Shown: one piece after another, positions 10,941 through 20,795 of the stretch
Position numbering within the stretch: position 1 is the stretch's first letter
How the letters are laid out: every line of letters starts with the position of its first letter
Source: TPA_inf: Saccharomyces
Taxonomy: Eukaryota
DNA length: 64,000 nucleotides
Direction of reading: 5' to 3'
Assembly (NCBI GenBank): GCA_000146045.2
Contig: BK006949.2
Span: forward strand, 672,001 to 736,000
Position numbers and translations under genes: made by a program
Notes under the pieces: generated by a model
Told to the model about the DNA's origin: nothing
The model's input: the letters and a program-made list of their open reading frames with translations, nothing else
Databases searched by the model: none

Positions 10941-12353
10941 TTACAGTTCGTAAAACTTCATAAGTTCGACCATATCTCTATCCTTATTGTCATTCCTTAA
11001 CATTTTCATTCGAGAACTTCCTTCCATCTCATATATCCAATACTGATAGTTCTCTTCATTATACATTTCAACAAGATCATGTTCACGTATAAATTGTTCA
11101 GAATCATCACCATCACAGACATCAAATGGATCGATTTGGAACGAATTATTGTCACCACATCTTAAGTTGGAAAACTGCTTTGTAACACACCAAGTCAAGT
11201 ACGTATAAAATCTACTCATTAGTAAATCGTTGTACCCACCCCCTCCAAGTAGGAATATGTGCGCTCGAGGATAACTTTTCATGATATTTATGATGATTCG
11301 AGAAAGCCCTCGTATTGTTAGCTGCCATTCATTGAATCTATCACCCAGAAGCCCATCACCACCACATTCAATTATTAAGGCCTCAGGTTCGTGTCTTTCT
11401 ATTAGAGGATTGACGATTTTGGATGCGATCAATTCCAAGTAGTTGTCATCACAACCATGCTTTAAAGGAATATTAACCACGTTCTTATCCTTTCTTGAAT
11501 CACTTAAAGAACCAGTTCCAGGAAAAAAACCAGGCTCGTAGAGATGTACTGAAATTGTCTGTATTTGTTTAGAATATTGGAAAGCCTTTTCTACACCGTC
11601 ACCATGATGCAAGTCGAAGTCAACGTACGTGATTTTATTTAGCTTTGCTTTGCGCAATCTCTGTATTAACAGTACCACGTCATTTATATAGCAGAATCCG
11701 CTTGCCCTCTGTTTAAAGGCATGATGTCTTCCACCATCCCAATTTATACCGATAAGACGTTCTGTAGGCGATAGATGATCCAACAAGTTTAAAGTCGCAC
11801 CTGTAATAACTTGACAGTACATAGGAAGGTATGAAAAAATCGGGCAATCTCCCTCTAAATTATACTGTTTTGTTTCAGAATTTAAAATATAAGTATCTGT
11901 TGGTTTATCATTGGTGGGCACCTCACTGTTATTAATACAGTCCATATTATTTTCGAGCGCTTGTGAGTGATTCAGATAATAATTATAGAGATTCTCTCTA
12001 GTGGTGAATCTCTGAAGATCTTGCGATGGATTGTAGTCGATTTTTTCGTTCCAATTATCGGCCAATTCACTCAACTCACTCCATTTGGACTCTACCATGG
12101 GATTATTTACATCTTGTGCCATCATTTTATTGAATCTGCCATTTATCAAATAATCGATATATGATTTCGAATGGAACTCCAGCAGATCATCCTTTCTGGC
12201 GTAGGGAAATGTTAGCACTTCGTCAAAGTGCTGGAGAAGATCGTACGCGTTTATTAGGGAATATGTCAGCTGCGATTTTTGATGATTGTTACATGGGAGT
12301 AAATCTGCTACTTGAGACTGAAATATTGACGTTGATATGACCAATTTCGACAT
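10941..12353 (-). CDS. HOS1: class I-like histone deacetylase Hos1 (470 aa)
   Basis: HDAC motifs (DFDLHHGDGVE, GGGGYN). 470 aa. Position matches YPR068C. Confidence 0.9.
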   Translation of the reverse strand: MSKLVISTSIFQSQVADLLPCNNHQKSQLTYSLINAYDLLQHFDEVLTFPYARKDDLLEFHSKSYIDYLINGRFNKMMAQDVNNPMVESKWSELSELADNWNEKIDYNPSQDLQRFTTRENLYNYYLNHSQALENNMDCINNSEVPTNDKPTDTYILNSETKQYNLEGDCPIFSYLPMYCQVITGATLNLLDHLSPTERLIGINWDGGRHHAFKQRASGFCYINDVVLLIQRLRKAKLNKITYVDFDLHHGDGVEKAFQYSKQIQTISVHLYEPGFFPGTGSLSDSRKDKNVVNIPLKHGCDDNYLELIASKIVNPLIERHEPEALIIECGGDGLLGDRFNEWQLTIRGLSRIIINIMKSYPRAHIFLLGGGGYNDLLMSRFYTYLTWCVTKQFSNLRCGDNNSFQIDPFDVCDGDDSEQFIREHDLVEMYNEENYQYWIYEMEGSSRMKMLRNDNKDRDMVELMKFYEL

Positions 12354-12555
12354 AGCGTTTTTCTAAAATGGACAGGTGTTTATTAATTCATATTACAGTA
12401 CATACACCTTTTTTTTACTTTTTGTTTCTTTATTAATTTTTTAGTTTTTTTCATATTCTATTTTATTATAAGTAGTAATATGAAGAAATTTCCCAAGCAA
12501 AGCTCAATAAAATTATTTAGCTAAACAAACATATGCATATATATGTATATTCTCC

Positions 12556-13437
12556 CTAATTTAATTCCTTGGCTGCCCAGGTTGGTAGAACAAAGGAAGC
12601 TTCGTGAATTTTCTTGTTATAGTATCTGTATAATTCAGCCTCCTTCTCATCAGAGATTTCACGTAGTGGCTTCTTGACATTGCAAGTTTTATCTTTGGAG
12701 CAAACCATAAAACCAATCGTACCAGTTGGGTAAGTTGGAATAGTAACGAAAGAGTATTCTGCAACTGGGAAAACTTCAGAACAGGCTTTCTTTAAGTCCT
12801 TAATGATTGGCAAGTGAATCCACATACTTTCTGCTTGTGTAGTGATTACACCCTTTTCTGTCAACGCACTGTTCAACAATTGGAAATATTCCTTTTGGAA
12901 AAGGGTTTCAGCTGGACCTTCTGGGTCAGAAGAGTCAGTAATGATTACGTCAAATGTGTTTTGGTAATCTCTTAAAAATTGGAAACCATCACCAATGTGG
13001 GTCTTAACCTTTGGGTGAGAATAAGAGGCAGCCATTTCTGGTAGGTACTCCTTTGATAGTCTAATAACAGCTTCATCAATGTCACATAACCAGGCTTCCT
13101 CAACGGAATCATGCTTGACAACCTCTCTCAAAACACCACCATCACCCCCACCAATAACAAGAACCTTCTTAGGATTTGGATGGGAATTCAAGGCAAGATG
13201 GGCAATCATTTCTTGGTAGGCAAATTCATCCCTTTCGGTGGCTTGAATTACATTATCTAAAACTAGAACATTACCATATGTAGTGGATTTGAAGATCAAA
13301 ACGTCTTGATATTTTGACTTCTCATGGTGTAAAACTTTCTCCACTTTTAAAGTCATGGCCTGGCCTGGCCACATGGTATCAGAAATTTCTCTGAACCAGC
13401 CGTCTACAATAGTTGGGTGAGTGATTTCTTGTGCCAT
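12556..13437 (-). CDS. SPE3: spermidine synthase (293 aa)
   Basis: Spermidine-synthase signature [15 protein letters not shown]...DSSDPEGPA. 293 aa (YPR069C). Confidence 0.92.
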
Positions 13438-13897
13438 TAGATTTATTGCTTATTAGTGTTTGCTCTTCTTGACTGAACTACTATGTGAAGCGTACAAGAT
13501 ACTAAATTACTAAGTCAGTTTTATATCACAGCTATTCCTTATCTCATGCCAATAGCATTTTTAGAGAAAAAAATGAAAGGTGAAAAAATTTTTTTTCTCA
13601 AGCAAAGAAATGAGGAGTTCCTGAAATCATGCAGGTGCAGAATATTGGTGTAGAGAATCGCGTTTGTATATTGTCTTAATCCTGTACTTACGAGTAGGTA
13701 TTTGATGTTTTAAAAATTGCAAATGTACTTTTTGCGAAATCTTGCAACATTTTTTTTGTCAGGATGTAATTGCAACTAATTAATTTTTCAAAACTTAAAA
13801 TGAAGGTTACCTATTAAGGAACGTTTGTGTTTGAAAAAGAACTCCTAATCAAAAGCAAAGAAAACATAGAACAAAAGCCAACAAAACTCTTTTGGAG

Positions 13898-15598
13898 ATG
13901 GTAGAAGGAGACTCTTATGTGGAGACTTTAGACTCCATGATTGAATTATTCAAGGATTACAAACCTGGTTCCATAACTTTGGAGAATATAACACGACTTT
14001 GTCAAACTTTGGGTCTCGAGTCCTTCACAGAAGAATTGAGTAATGAACTTTCAAGATTATCGACGGCATCTAAAATTATCGTGATAGATGTTGACTACAA
14101 TAAGAAGCAAGACAGAATTCAGGACGTTAAACTCGTACTAGCATCTAATTTTGATAATTTTGACTACTTTAACCAACGAGATGGAGAGCATGAAAAAAGC
14201 AACATTCTTCTAAATTCCTTAACAAAGTATCCTGATTTGAAAGCTTTTCATAACAATTTGAAGTTTCTATATCTGTTAGATGCATATTCCCACATCGAGT
14301 CCGATTCTACCTCCCATAATAATGGGTCTTCTGACAAAAGCTTAGATTCAAGCAACGCATCATTTAACAACCAAGGTAAACTTGATCTTTTTAAGTATTT
14401 CACGGAACTATCACACTATATAAGACAATGTTTCCAAGACAATTGTTGCGACTTTAAAGTCAGGACCAATTTGAATGATAAATTTGGAATATATATTTTA
14501 ACCCAGGGCATCAATGGTAAGGAAGTGCCTTTAGCCAAAATTTATTTAGAAGAAAACAAAAGCGATTCACAATACAGGTTCTATGAGTACATATATTCAC
14601 AAGAAACCAAATCTTGGATAAATGAATCTGCTGAGAATTTTTCTAACGGCATTTCCTTGGTTATGGAAATAGTAGCAAACGCTAAGGAAAGTAACTATAC
14701 AGACTTAATTTGGTTTCCTGAGGATTTCATATCACCGGAACTTATTATAGATAAAGTTACATGTTCATCAAACTCATCTTCTTCGCCACCTATAATTGAT
14801 TTATTTTCGAACAATAACTACAATAGTAGAATACAACTGATGAACGATTTTACAACAAAATTAATCAATATTAAAAAATTTGACATAAGTAATGACAATC
14901 TAGATCTAATCTCTGAGATACTAAAATGGGTTCAATGGTCGAGGATAGTACTTCAAAATGTTTTTAAACTGGTCTCCACACCTAGTTCAAATTCAAATTC
15001 ATCGGAACTTGAACCTGACTATCAAGCTCCATTCTCCACCTCGACTAAAGACAAAAATTCTTCAACATCTAACACTGAGCCAATTCCAAGAAGTAACAGA
15101 CATGGAAGTGTAGTAGAGGCCTCTAGAAGAAGGCGTTCTTCAACTAATAAAAGCAAACGTCCCAGTATAACTGAAGCAATGATGCTTAAAGAAGAGGGTT
15201 TACAGCAATTTAATTTGCACGAAATTTTATCTGAACCCGCAATAGAGGAGGAAAATGGAGACAGCATCAAAGAGCACTCTACAACTATGGATGGTGCCAA
15301 TGACCTCGGATTCACCGCCTCTGTTTCGAATCAAGAAAATGCAGGAACTGATATTGTGATGGAAGATCATGGTGTACTGCAAGGCACTAGTCAAAATTAT
15401 GGTACTGCAACAGCGGATGACGCAGACATAGAAATGAAAGACGTCAGTTCTAAGCCTAGTAAACCTGAATCGTCGGTCTTACAACTAATTGTAAGTGAAG
15501 ATCATATCATTCTCGACACTATTTCAGAATGTAACTTGTATGATGATGTAAAATGCTGGAGTAAATTTATTGAAAAATTTCAGGATATCGTTAGCTAA
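13898..15598 (+). CDS. MED1: Mediator subunit Med1 (566 aa from the second ATG)
   Basis: 568-aa ORF. The Med1 N-terminus MVEGDSYVETLDSMIELF begins at the second Met. Position matches YPR070W. Confidence 0.82.
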   Translation: MVEGDSYVETLDSMIELFKDYKPGSITLENITRLCQTLGLESFTEELSNELSRLSTASKIIVIDVDYNKKQDRIQDVKLVLASNFDNFDYFNQRDGEHEKSNILLNSLTKYPDLKAFHNNLKFLYLLDAYSHIESDSTSHNNGSSDKSLDSSNASFNNQGKLDLFKYFTELSHYIRQCFQDNCCDFKVRTNLNDKFGIYILTQGINGKEVPLAKIYLEENKSDSQYRFYEYIYSQETKSWINESAENFSNGISLVMEIVANAKESNYTDLIWFPEDFISPELIIDKVTCSSNSSSSPPIIDLFSNNNYNSRIQLMNDFTTKLINIKKFDISNDNLDLISEILKWVQWSRIVLQNVFKLVSTPSSNSNSSELEPDYQAPFSTSTKDKNSSTSNTEPIPRSNRHGSVVEASRRRRSSTNKSKRPSITEAMMLKEEGLQQFNLHEILSEPAIEEENGDSIKEHSTTMDGANDLGFTASVSNQENAGTDIVMEDHGVLQGTSQNYGTATADDADIEMKDVSSKPSKPESSVLQLIVSEDHIILDTISECNLYDDVKCWSKFIEKFQDIVS

Positions 15599-16171
15599 GG
15601 AGGTACGGAGTGGCTCAAATACACATTGTGGACCGTACACTCGATGGAGTTTAGGTTTACGTACACCTTCTAGTGCAAGGTGCATGCTTTTCATACCTCA
15701 TATGACTGAGTTTGTTTAGTGTGGCCTATATTCTAAAAAAGATAAACGTTAGAATAAATGAGCTTGCGAACTGAGCCATTTACCGGTCATTTGCCAATAT
15801 ATATAATCAAGGACATCTCTATCATTGTGAGAAATACTAAAAATGTAGGAAAAAGGTTAAAACAAGAACCACTAACACGCTAGATAGGTAGATAGGTAGG
15901 TAGGAGGAGGTCGATATTATTACTGCATATATATATTTTTTTCCATTCTGCGTTTTCTTGCTGCAGCGTATTTATGTATCAAGATCCCGGGGCAGCTGTA
16001 AGTGTACTGTCTAGAAAATAAATCAGCAGGCCGCTTGCTACTTCAGTAAAAAAGAGAGTAGAAACTGGAAATTTTTTTGGCAGTCAAAAATTTAATATAT
16101 AAAAAAGGCCCTTTCTGTTTTAAGTGCATTTATTAAATGTTTCCAGTTCCAAGACGATTGGCAACGGAATT

Positions 16172-16807
16172 ATGCAAAACGGCACAGAAGACAAAAGCAA
16201 TATTCCTGCTCGTAGTAATGATGATGTATTGCCGCCGTTAGCCGTCAGACTTACTATGAAAGTAATGCGATTAATTTTCATCGGAAAAATGTTTGCATAT
16301 TCATTTGTACCCTTTCCCCCATTTAAACTTTTGACATTTGATAATACTGTGGGCTGGTTCGTAGCATATTCAGCGATCGTTTCTATTTGGGGGTTTGCTG
16401 TGTGGATGGAAAGAGGATATAGACATAAGATTAATCTACTGCCTCCAAGATGTACGAAGATAAGATGCTCTCGCTGCAATACAAGAATAAGATCCCCCAA
16501 TTGGTTCAAATATAAGAATTGGTTATATTTTTTCCTATTATACGTTTCTCTAACCACTTCTAACTTAATAATTCAACTGGCCTCTTTTATGACAGAAATG
16601 AGTCGTCGGGGTATAAGCGTTCCTGGAACGAAGGATCCAGGCAAGAGAGATTATTTAGGGCTTATCATACCAATGCGATTCATTGGTGCATTTATCCATT
16701 ACATGACGGCTAATTTATTCAAAGAGTATTATTTACATAACGGCCCACTAGAAAAGAATGATAGACCTTCTACCGATGAGAAGACATCAGAGAATGAAAC
16801 GCTATAG
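16172..16807 (+). CDS. YPR071W, putative multi-pass membrane protein of unknown function (211 aa)
   Basis: ORF with several hydrophobic segments. 211 aa from the internal ATG at 16172. Position matches YPR071W (YIL029C paralog). Confidence 0.75.
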   Translation: MQNGTEDKSNIPARSNDDVLPPLAVRLTMKVMRLIFIGKMFAYSFVPFPPFKLLTFDNTVGWFVAYSAIVSIWGFAVWMERGYRHKINLLPPRCTKIRCSRCNTRIRSPNWFKYKNWLYFFLLYVSLTTSNLIIQLASFMTEMSRRGISVPGTKDPGKRDYLGLIIPMRFIGAFIHYMTANLFKEYYLHNGPLEKNDRPSTDEKTSENETL

Positions 16808-17061
16808 CTTAACCTCGATTAAAATTAAGTTCAGTATGCCATAGGTGCGTTTATTACATGTTTTTTAACAACACTTCAATATTTCTTTCTCTGTATTTTT
16901 CAATAGGGAACAAAATGTACTATTTTCTCCATGAGGCCTGAAATAGCAAATGTACTCCCGCAGTTAATAAATGTACGGACAGCTTTTCATAGCCAATTAA
17001 AAGCAGTTTATATCTCTTTCCTAGCGGATCACATCTAATGGTTGTCCAACTTCCCTTGGAT

Positions 17062-17219
17062 TAAGAAATAGGTGAATAACGGGATAGTTTTTGAGGATCC
17101 ATTATTGATAGAGGTTATAATTTTAGACAGGCAAAATATTCTAGCACTTCTCGAGGGCATAGGCATCCCTAAAAGGGAATCAATAATTTTACATAATGAT
17201 ATTACCATATCTTTTATAC
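17062..17219 (-). mobile_element. partial Ty1/Ty2 delta LTR: 3' portion of a delta in minus orientation, diverged
   Basis: Read on the plus strand, this aligns to the reverse complement of the delta 3' region. TAAGAAATAGGTGAATA...TTGAGGATCCATTATTGATAGAGGTTATAAT...CTAGCACTTCTCGAGGGCATAGGCATCCC...TACATAATGATATTAC matches rc-delta TGAGAAATGGGTGAATG...TTGGGATTCCATTGTTGATAAAGGCTATAAT...CTAGAAGTTCTCCTCGAGGATATAGGAATCC...TACATACTAATATTAC. Confidence 0.7.
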
Positions 17220-17224
17220 TTTCT

Positions 17225-17442
17225 TGAGATCTGGAGAATTTTGTAAAATTGTTGGGATTCCATAGTCGATAATATTATATATACAGAATATGCTAGAAGT
17301 TCCAATCATTACACTTTAACTTCAATAAAAAATTTGGCGACTACTTCCCAATCTTTATGTCATCTTCTTGCATCGTATATGACAATATGTAACAGTAATA
17401 TGAATAATAGTCAAAAAATAATATATAATATTCATTCCAACA
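17225..17442 (-). mobile_element. solo Ty1/Ty2 delta LTR, minus orientation, about 218 bp with an internal deletion or rearrangement
   Basis: Starts TGAGATCTGGAGAATTTTG TAAAATTGTTGGGATTCCATAGTCGATAATATTATATATACAGAATATGCTAGAAGTTCC, which is the reverse complement of the delta 3' end ...GGAATCCCAACAATTATCTCAACATTCACCCATTTCTCA. Ends ...CATCTTCTTGCATCGTATATGACAATATGTAACAGTAAT...ATTCATTCCAACA, which is the reverse complement of the delta 5' end TGTTGGAATAGAAATC...TTACTAGTATATTATCATATACGGTGTTAGAAGATGA. About 110 bp of the middle of a canonical 334-bp delta is missing. Confidence 0.8.
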
Positions 17443-17564
17443 CTCTTAGTGTCCCTAGCTAGAATTACTTCTGCTAGTGAAACACTCATCATCAATATAA
17501 GGAAATTAATTTTAGTCAGATGTTTTTAATACCTTCCGTTTTCTAACACTACCAGATTATTTTG

Positions 17565-17646
17565 GGCACTATGGCCGAGTGGTTAAGGCGACAGACTTGA
17601 AATCTGTTGGGCTCTGCCCGCGCTGGTTCAAATCCTGCTGGTGTCG
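17565..17646 (+). tRNA. tRNA-Ser, anticodon UGA, 82 nt with a long variable arm; no intron, CCA not encoded
   Basis: GGCACTATGGCCGAGTGGTTAAGGCGACAGACTTGAAATCTGTTGGGCTCTGCCCGCGCTGGTTCAAATCCTGCTGGTGTCG folds as a cloverleaf. The acceptor is GGCACTA/TGGTGTC and the anticodon stem ACAGA/TCTGT. The loop CTTGAAA gives anticodon TGA. A-box TGGCCGAGTGG and B-box GGTTCAAATCC are present, with a long extra arm typical of Ser tRNAs. Confidence 0.92.
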
Positions 17647-17648
17647 TA

Positions 17649-17657
17649 TTATTTTTT
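17649..17657 (+). terminator. RNA polymerase III terminator (T-run) for the tRNA-Ser gene
   Basis: TATTATTTTTTG immediately 3' of the tRNA. The T6 run at 17652-17657 is the canonical Pol III termination signal. Confidence 0.8.
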
Positions 17658-18106
17658 GAAATTATTTTTCAATAACCACCATGTCAGCACCAGGTTCTTT
17701 TACAATTATACAAACACACATATCTCAAAATCACTCAAGAGGTCATGGACCAATATGGCAACTTGCTACGAAAGTCATACGGTAACATATCAGCTTGTCT
17801 AAACATACCATACTTTACCCATTTTTTTGTGCTTGTTATATGGCGCCATAAATTGCTCGAACATGGTCATGTGATGCAAAACATTGTATTACCCTTCTTT
17901 ATTGATTTTTCGACAATCCACCAATTCTAACTACGAAACTTTTTATAGCATAAAAGTACTTCCACATTTTTGGTGCAATGAACTAATTTAGATAATAACA
18001 AGATCAAACAGCGTCCCTTCCGCGTCAATAAATAATTAGGAACTGTAATTGAACCTCTATTAGTATATTTTTTTATTGATTGCATGAAACATCCGCTCAT
18101 TCTGTC

Positions 18107-19789
18107 ATGTCTCAAAGAAAGCTACAACAGGATATCGATAAGCTTTTGAAGAAGGTGAAGGAAGGTATTGAAGACTTCGATGACATATACGAAAAATTTC
18201 AGTCAACAGACCCCTCCAATTCTTCGCATAGAGAAAAACTGGAATCTGACTTAAAAAGAGAAATCAAGAAGCTGCAAAAACATAGGGATCAAATAAAAAC
18301 ATGGCTCAGCAAAGAAGATGTAAAGGATAAGCAAAGTGTTCTGATGACTAATAGGAGGTTGATTGAAAATGGCATGGAAAGATTTAAGTCCGTGGAGAAG
18401 CTAATGAAGACAAAACAGTTTTCAAAGGAGGCTTTAACAAATCCAGATATAATCAAAGACCCTAAAGAACTCAAAAAAAGAGATCAGGTCTTATTTATTC
18501 ACGATTGTTTAGATGAGCTACAAAAGCAATTGGAACAGTATGAGGCTCAAGAAAATGAAGAACAAACAGAAAGACACGAATTTCACATCGCCAACCTAGA
18601 GAATATCTTGAAAAAACTTCAGAATAATGAAATGGACCCAGAGCCCGTAGAAGAATTCCAAGACGATATAAAGTACTATGTAGAAAATAACGATGATCCC
18701 GATTTCATTGAATACGATACAATTTATGAGGACATGGGTTGCGAAATACAACCTTCATCAAGTAATAATGAGGCTCCAAAAGAAGGAAACAATCAAACTT
18801 CTTTATCTAGCATTCGCTCATCAAAAAAACAAGAACGTTCTCCAAAGAAAAAAGCTCCGCAGAGGGATGTTTCTATATCAGACAGGGCGACGACTCCAAT
18901 CGCGCCAGGTGTAGAATCAGCCTCGCAATCTATATCTTCTACGCCAACACCTGTGTCAACTGATACGCCATTGCATACAGTGAAAGATGATTCAATAAAA
19001 TTCGATAATTCTACCCTTGGTACACCAACTACACATGTGTCTATGAAAAAGAAGGAATCGGAAAACGACTCGGAGCAACAACTAAATTTCCCACCGGATA
19101 GAACTGATGAAATTCGAAAAACCATCCAGCACGATGTAGAGACGAATGCAGCTTTTCAAAATCCCTTATTCAACGACGAATTAAAATACTGGTTAGACTC
19201 GAAAAGGTACTTAATGCAACCTCTTCAAGAAATGTCACCAAAGATGGTATCGCAATTAGAATCTTCGCTATTGAATTGTCCAGATTCTCTAGATGCCGAT
19301 TCGCCATGTCTATACACCAAACCATTATCTTTGCCTCACCCAACGTCAATCTTTTTTCCCAATGAACCAATTCGATTTGTTTATCCGTACGATGTACCTT
19401 TAAATTTAACGAATAATGAAAATGATACTGACAATAAGTTCGGTAAAGATAGTAAAGCAAAATCTAAGAAAGATGATGATATCTATTCCAGAACCTCACT
19501 AGCCAGAATATTTATGAAATTTGATCTTGATACTTTATTTTTCATATTCTATCATTACCAAGGATCATATGAACAGTTTTTAGCTGCTAGAGAACTTTTT
19601 AAAAATAGAAACTGGCTATTCAACAAGGTAGATCGCTGCTGGTATTATAAAGAAATCGAAAAGTTACCACCAGGAATGGGCAAATCTGAGGAGGAATCAT
19701 GGAGATACTTTGATTATAAAAAAAGTTGGTTAGCGAGACGTTGCGGTAACGACTTCGTATATAATGAAGAAGATTTCGAAAAACTGTAA
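18107..19789 (+). CDS. NOT5: Ccr4-Not complex subunit Not5 (560 aa)
   Basis: Not2/3/5 N-terminal coiled coil (MSQRKLQQDIDKLLKKVKEG...) and C-terminal NOT box (FFIFYHYQGSYEQFLAARELFKNRNW...). The start is the internal ATG at 18107, since the track ORF begins at TTG 18080. Position matches YPR072W. Confidence 0.9.
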   Translation: MSQRKLQQDIDKLLKKVKEGIEDFDDIYEKFQSTDPSNSSHREKLESDLKREIKKLQKHRDQIKTWLSKEDVKDKQSVLMTNRRLIENGMERFKSVEKLMKTKQFSKEALTNPDIIKDPKELKKRDQVLFIHDCLDELQKQLEQYEAQENEEQTERHEFHIANLENILKKLQNNEMDPEPVEEFQDDIKYYVENNDDPDFIEYDTIYEDMGCEIQPSSSNNEAPKEGNNQTSLSSIRSSKKQERSPKKKAPQRDVSISDRATTPIAPGVESASQSISSTPTPVSTDTPLHTVKDDSIKFDNSTLGTPTTHVSMKKKESENDSEQQLNFPPDRTDEIRKTIQHDVETNAAFQNPLFNDELKYWLDSKRYLMQPLQEMSPKMVSQLESSLLNCPDSLDADSPCLYTKPLSLPHPTSIFFPNEPIRFVYPYDVPLNLTNNENDTDNKFGKDSKAKSKKDDDIYSRTSLARIFMKFDLDTLFFIFYHYQGSYEQFLAARELFKNRNWLFNKVDRCWYYKEIEKLPPGMGKSEEESWRYFDYKKSWLARRCGNDFVYNEEDFEKL

Positions 19790-19932
19790 ACAGTTTCCTT
19801 TTACTTATATAATTCTCATCGTGATTTACTAGGTAAATGTAGTATTCAAAATCTCCAATTTGTACTCTTTAACTTCACCTTCACATATTATCTTTTTACT
19901 CGATGTAGACCGCACCATCATTACTTGCTAGC

Positions 19933-20418
19933 TTATAACTCTTTTTTTAAAAACTGTTTGGAGAAATAGGTGATTTGTTTGAAGTTGTACTCGAAATCTT
20001 GTATGTCACCATACCAAGGATCTTCAATAATGGTCTGCACAGTGCCATCATTAGTATTCCAATCACCAAAAAGGCAAACTTTAGCTTTAGAACCTTCAGG
20101 TTGTATTTTTTTTAGGTTATTAATGTTGGATTCATCCATACCGATTATATAGTCATATTCATCGAAGTGTTTGGTCTTTATTTGTTTCCCTTTATGATTA
20201 ATCTTGACGCCATGTTGCTTACAAATGGACACTGTACGATGATCAGGGCTTTCCCCCACATGATAATTAGAAGTGCCAAATGAATCAATCTTGTTGAATC
20301 GATTTTCTAGATTAGCCTTTTCGACTTCATGTTTGAAAATGGCTTCCGCCATTGGTGATCTACAGAAGTTACCCAAACAAATGAATGCGACCGATATTTT
20401 TGGTTTTTCAATTGTCAT
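19933..20418 (-). CDS. LTP1: low-molecular-weight protein tyrosine phosphatase (161 aa)
   Basis: P-loop CLGNFCRSPMAE signature of LMW-PTPs. 161 aa (YPR073C). Confidence 0.92.
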   Translation of the reverse strand: MTIEKPKISVAFICLGNFCRSPMAEAIFKHEVEKANLENRFNKIDSFGTSNYHVGESPDHRTVSICKQHGVKINHKGKQIKTKHFDEYDYIIGMDESNINNLKKIQPEGSKAKVCLFGDWNTNDGTVQTIIEDPWYGDIQDFEYNFKQITYFSKQFLKKEL

Positions 20419-20795
20419 TTTCGTGTTAACTTTCCCTTCTCAGTTTTCTATCGCTTATCAAAAATCACAGGGTTTCAATTAGCCTTTTAGGAGTTATATT
20501 CTTTATTGGCTTTATACTTGAATGGTGTGATTCTCTCGAAGGGTTTAACATTCAAGCTCGGCCATGTGCTGGTACAAGGAAAAAGAAAGAAAAAGTAATC
20601 ATTGAAATTTTTCTATAATACGTACACCTATAATATAAGAAGGAAAAGGACTGAGTGTTTGGAATATTGTTAAAAGTTTGAAACTATTTTTTTGCTTAAT
20701 CGTTTATAAAAAAAGTTGTATTTAAGTTGTATAAAGTTTTATTTCATTTTTTCACAAATAATATCATATCAAATCTGATGATCTACGATCAGAAT

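Noticed and set aside
16120-16557. 145-aa minus-strand ORF antisense to YPR071W
   Set aside because: Antisense overlap. The sense ORF has the membrane-protein character expected of YPR071W.
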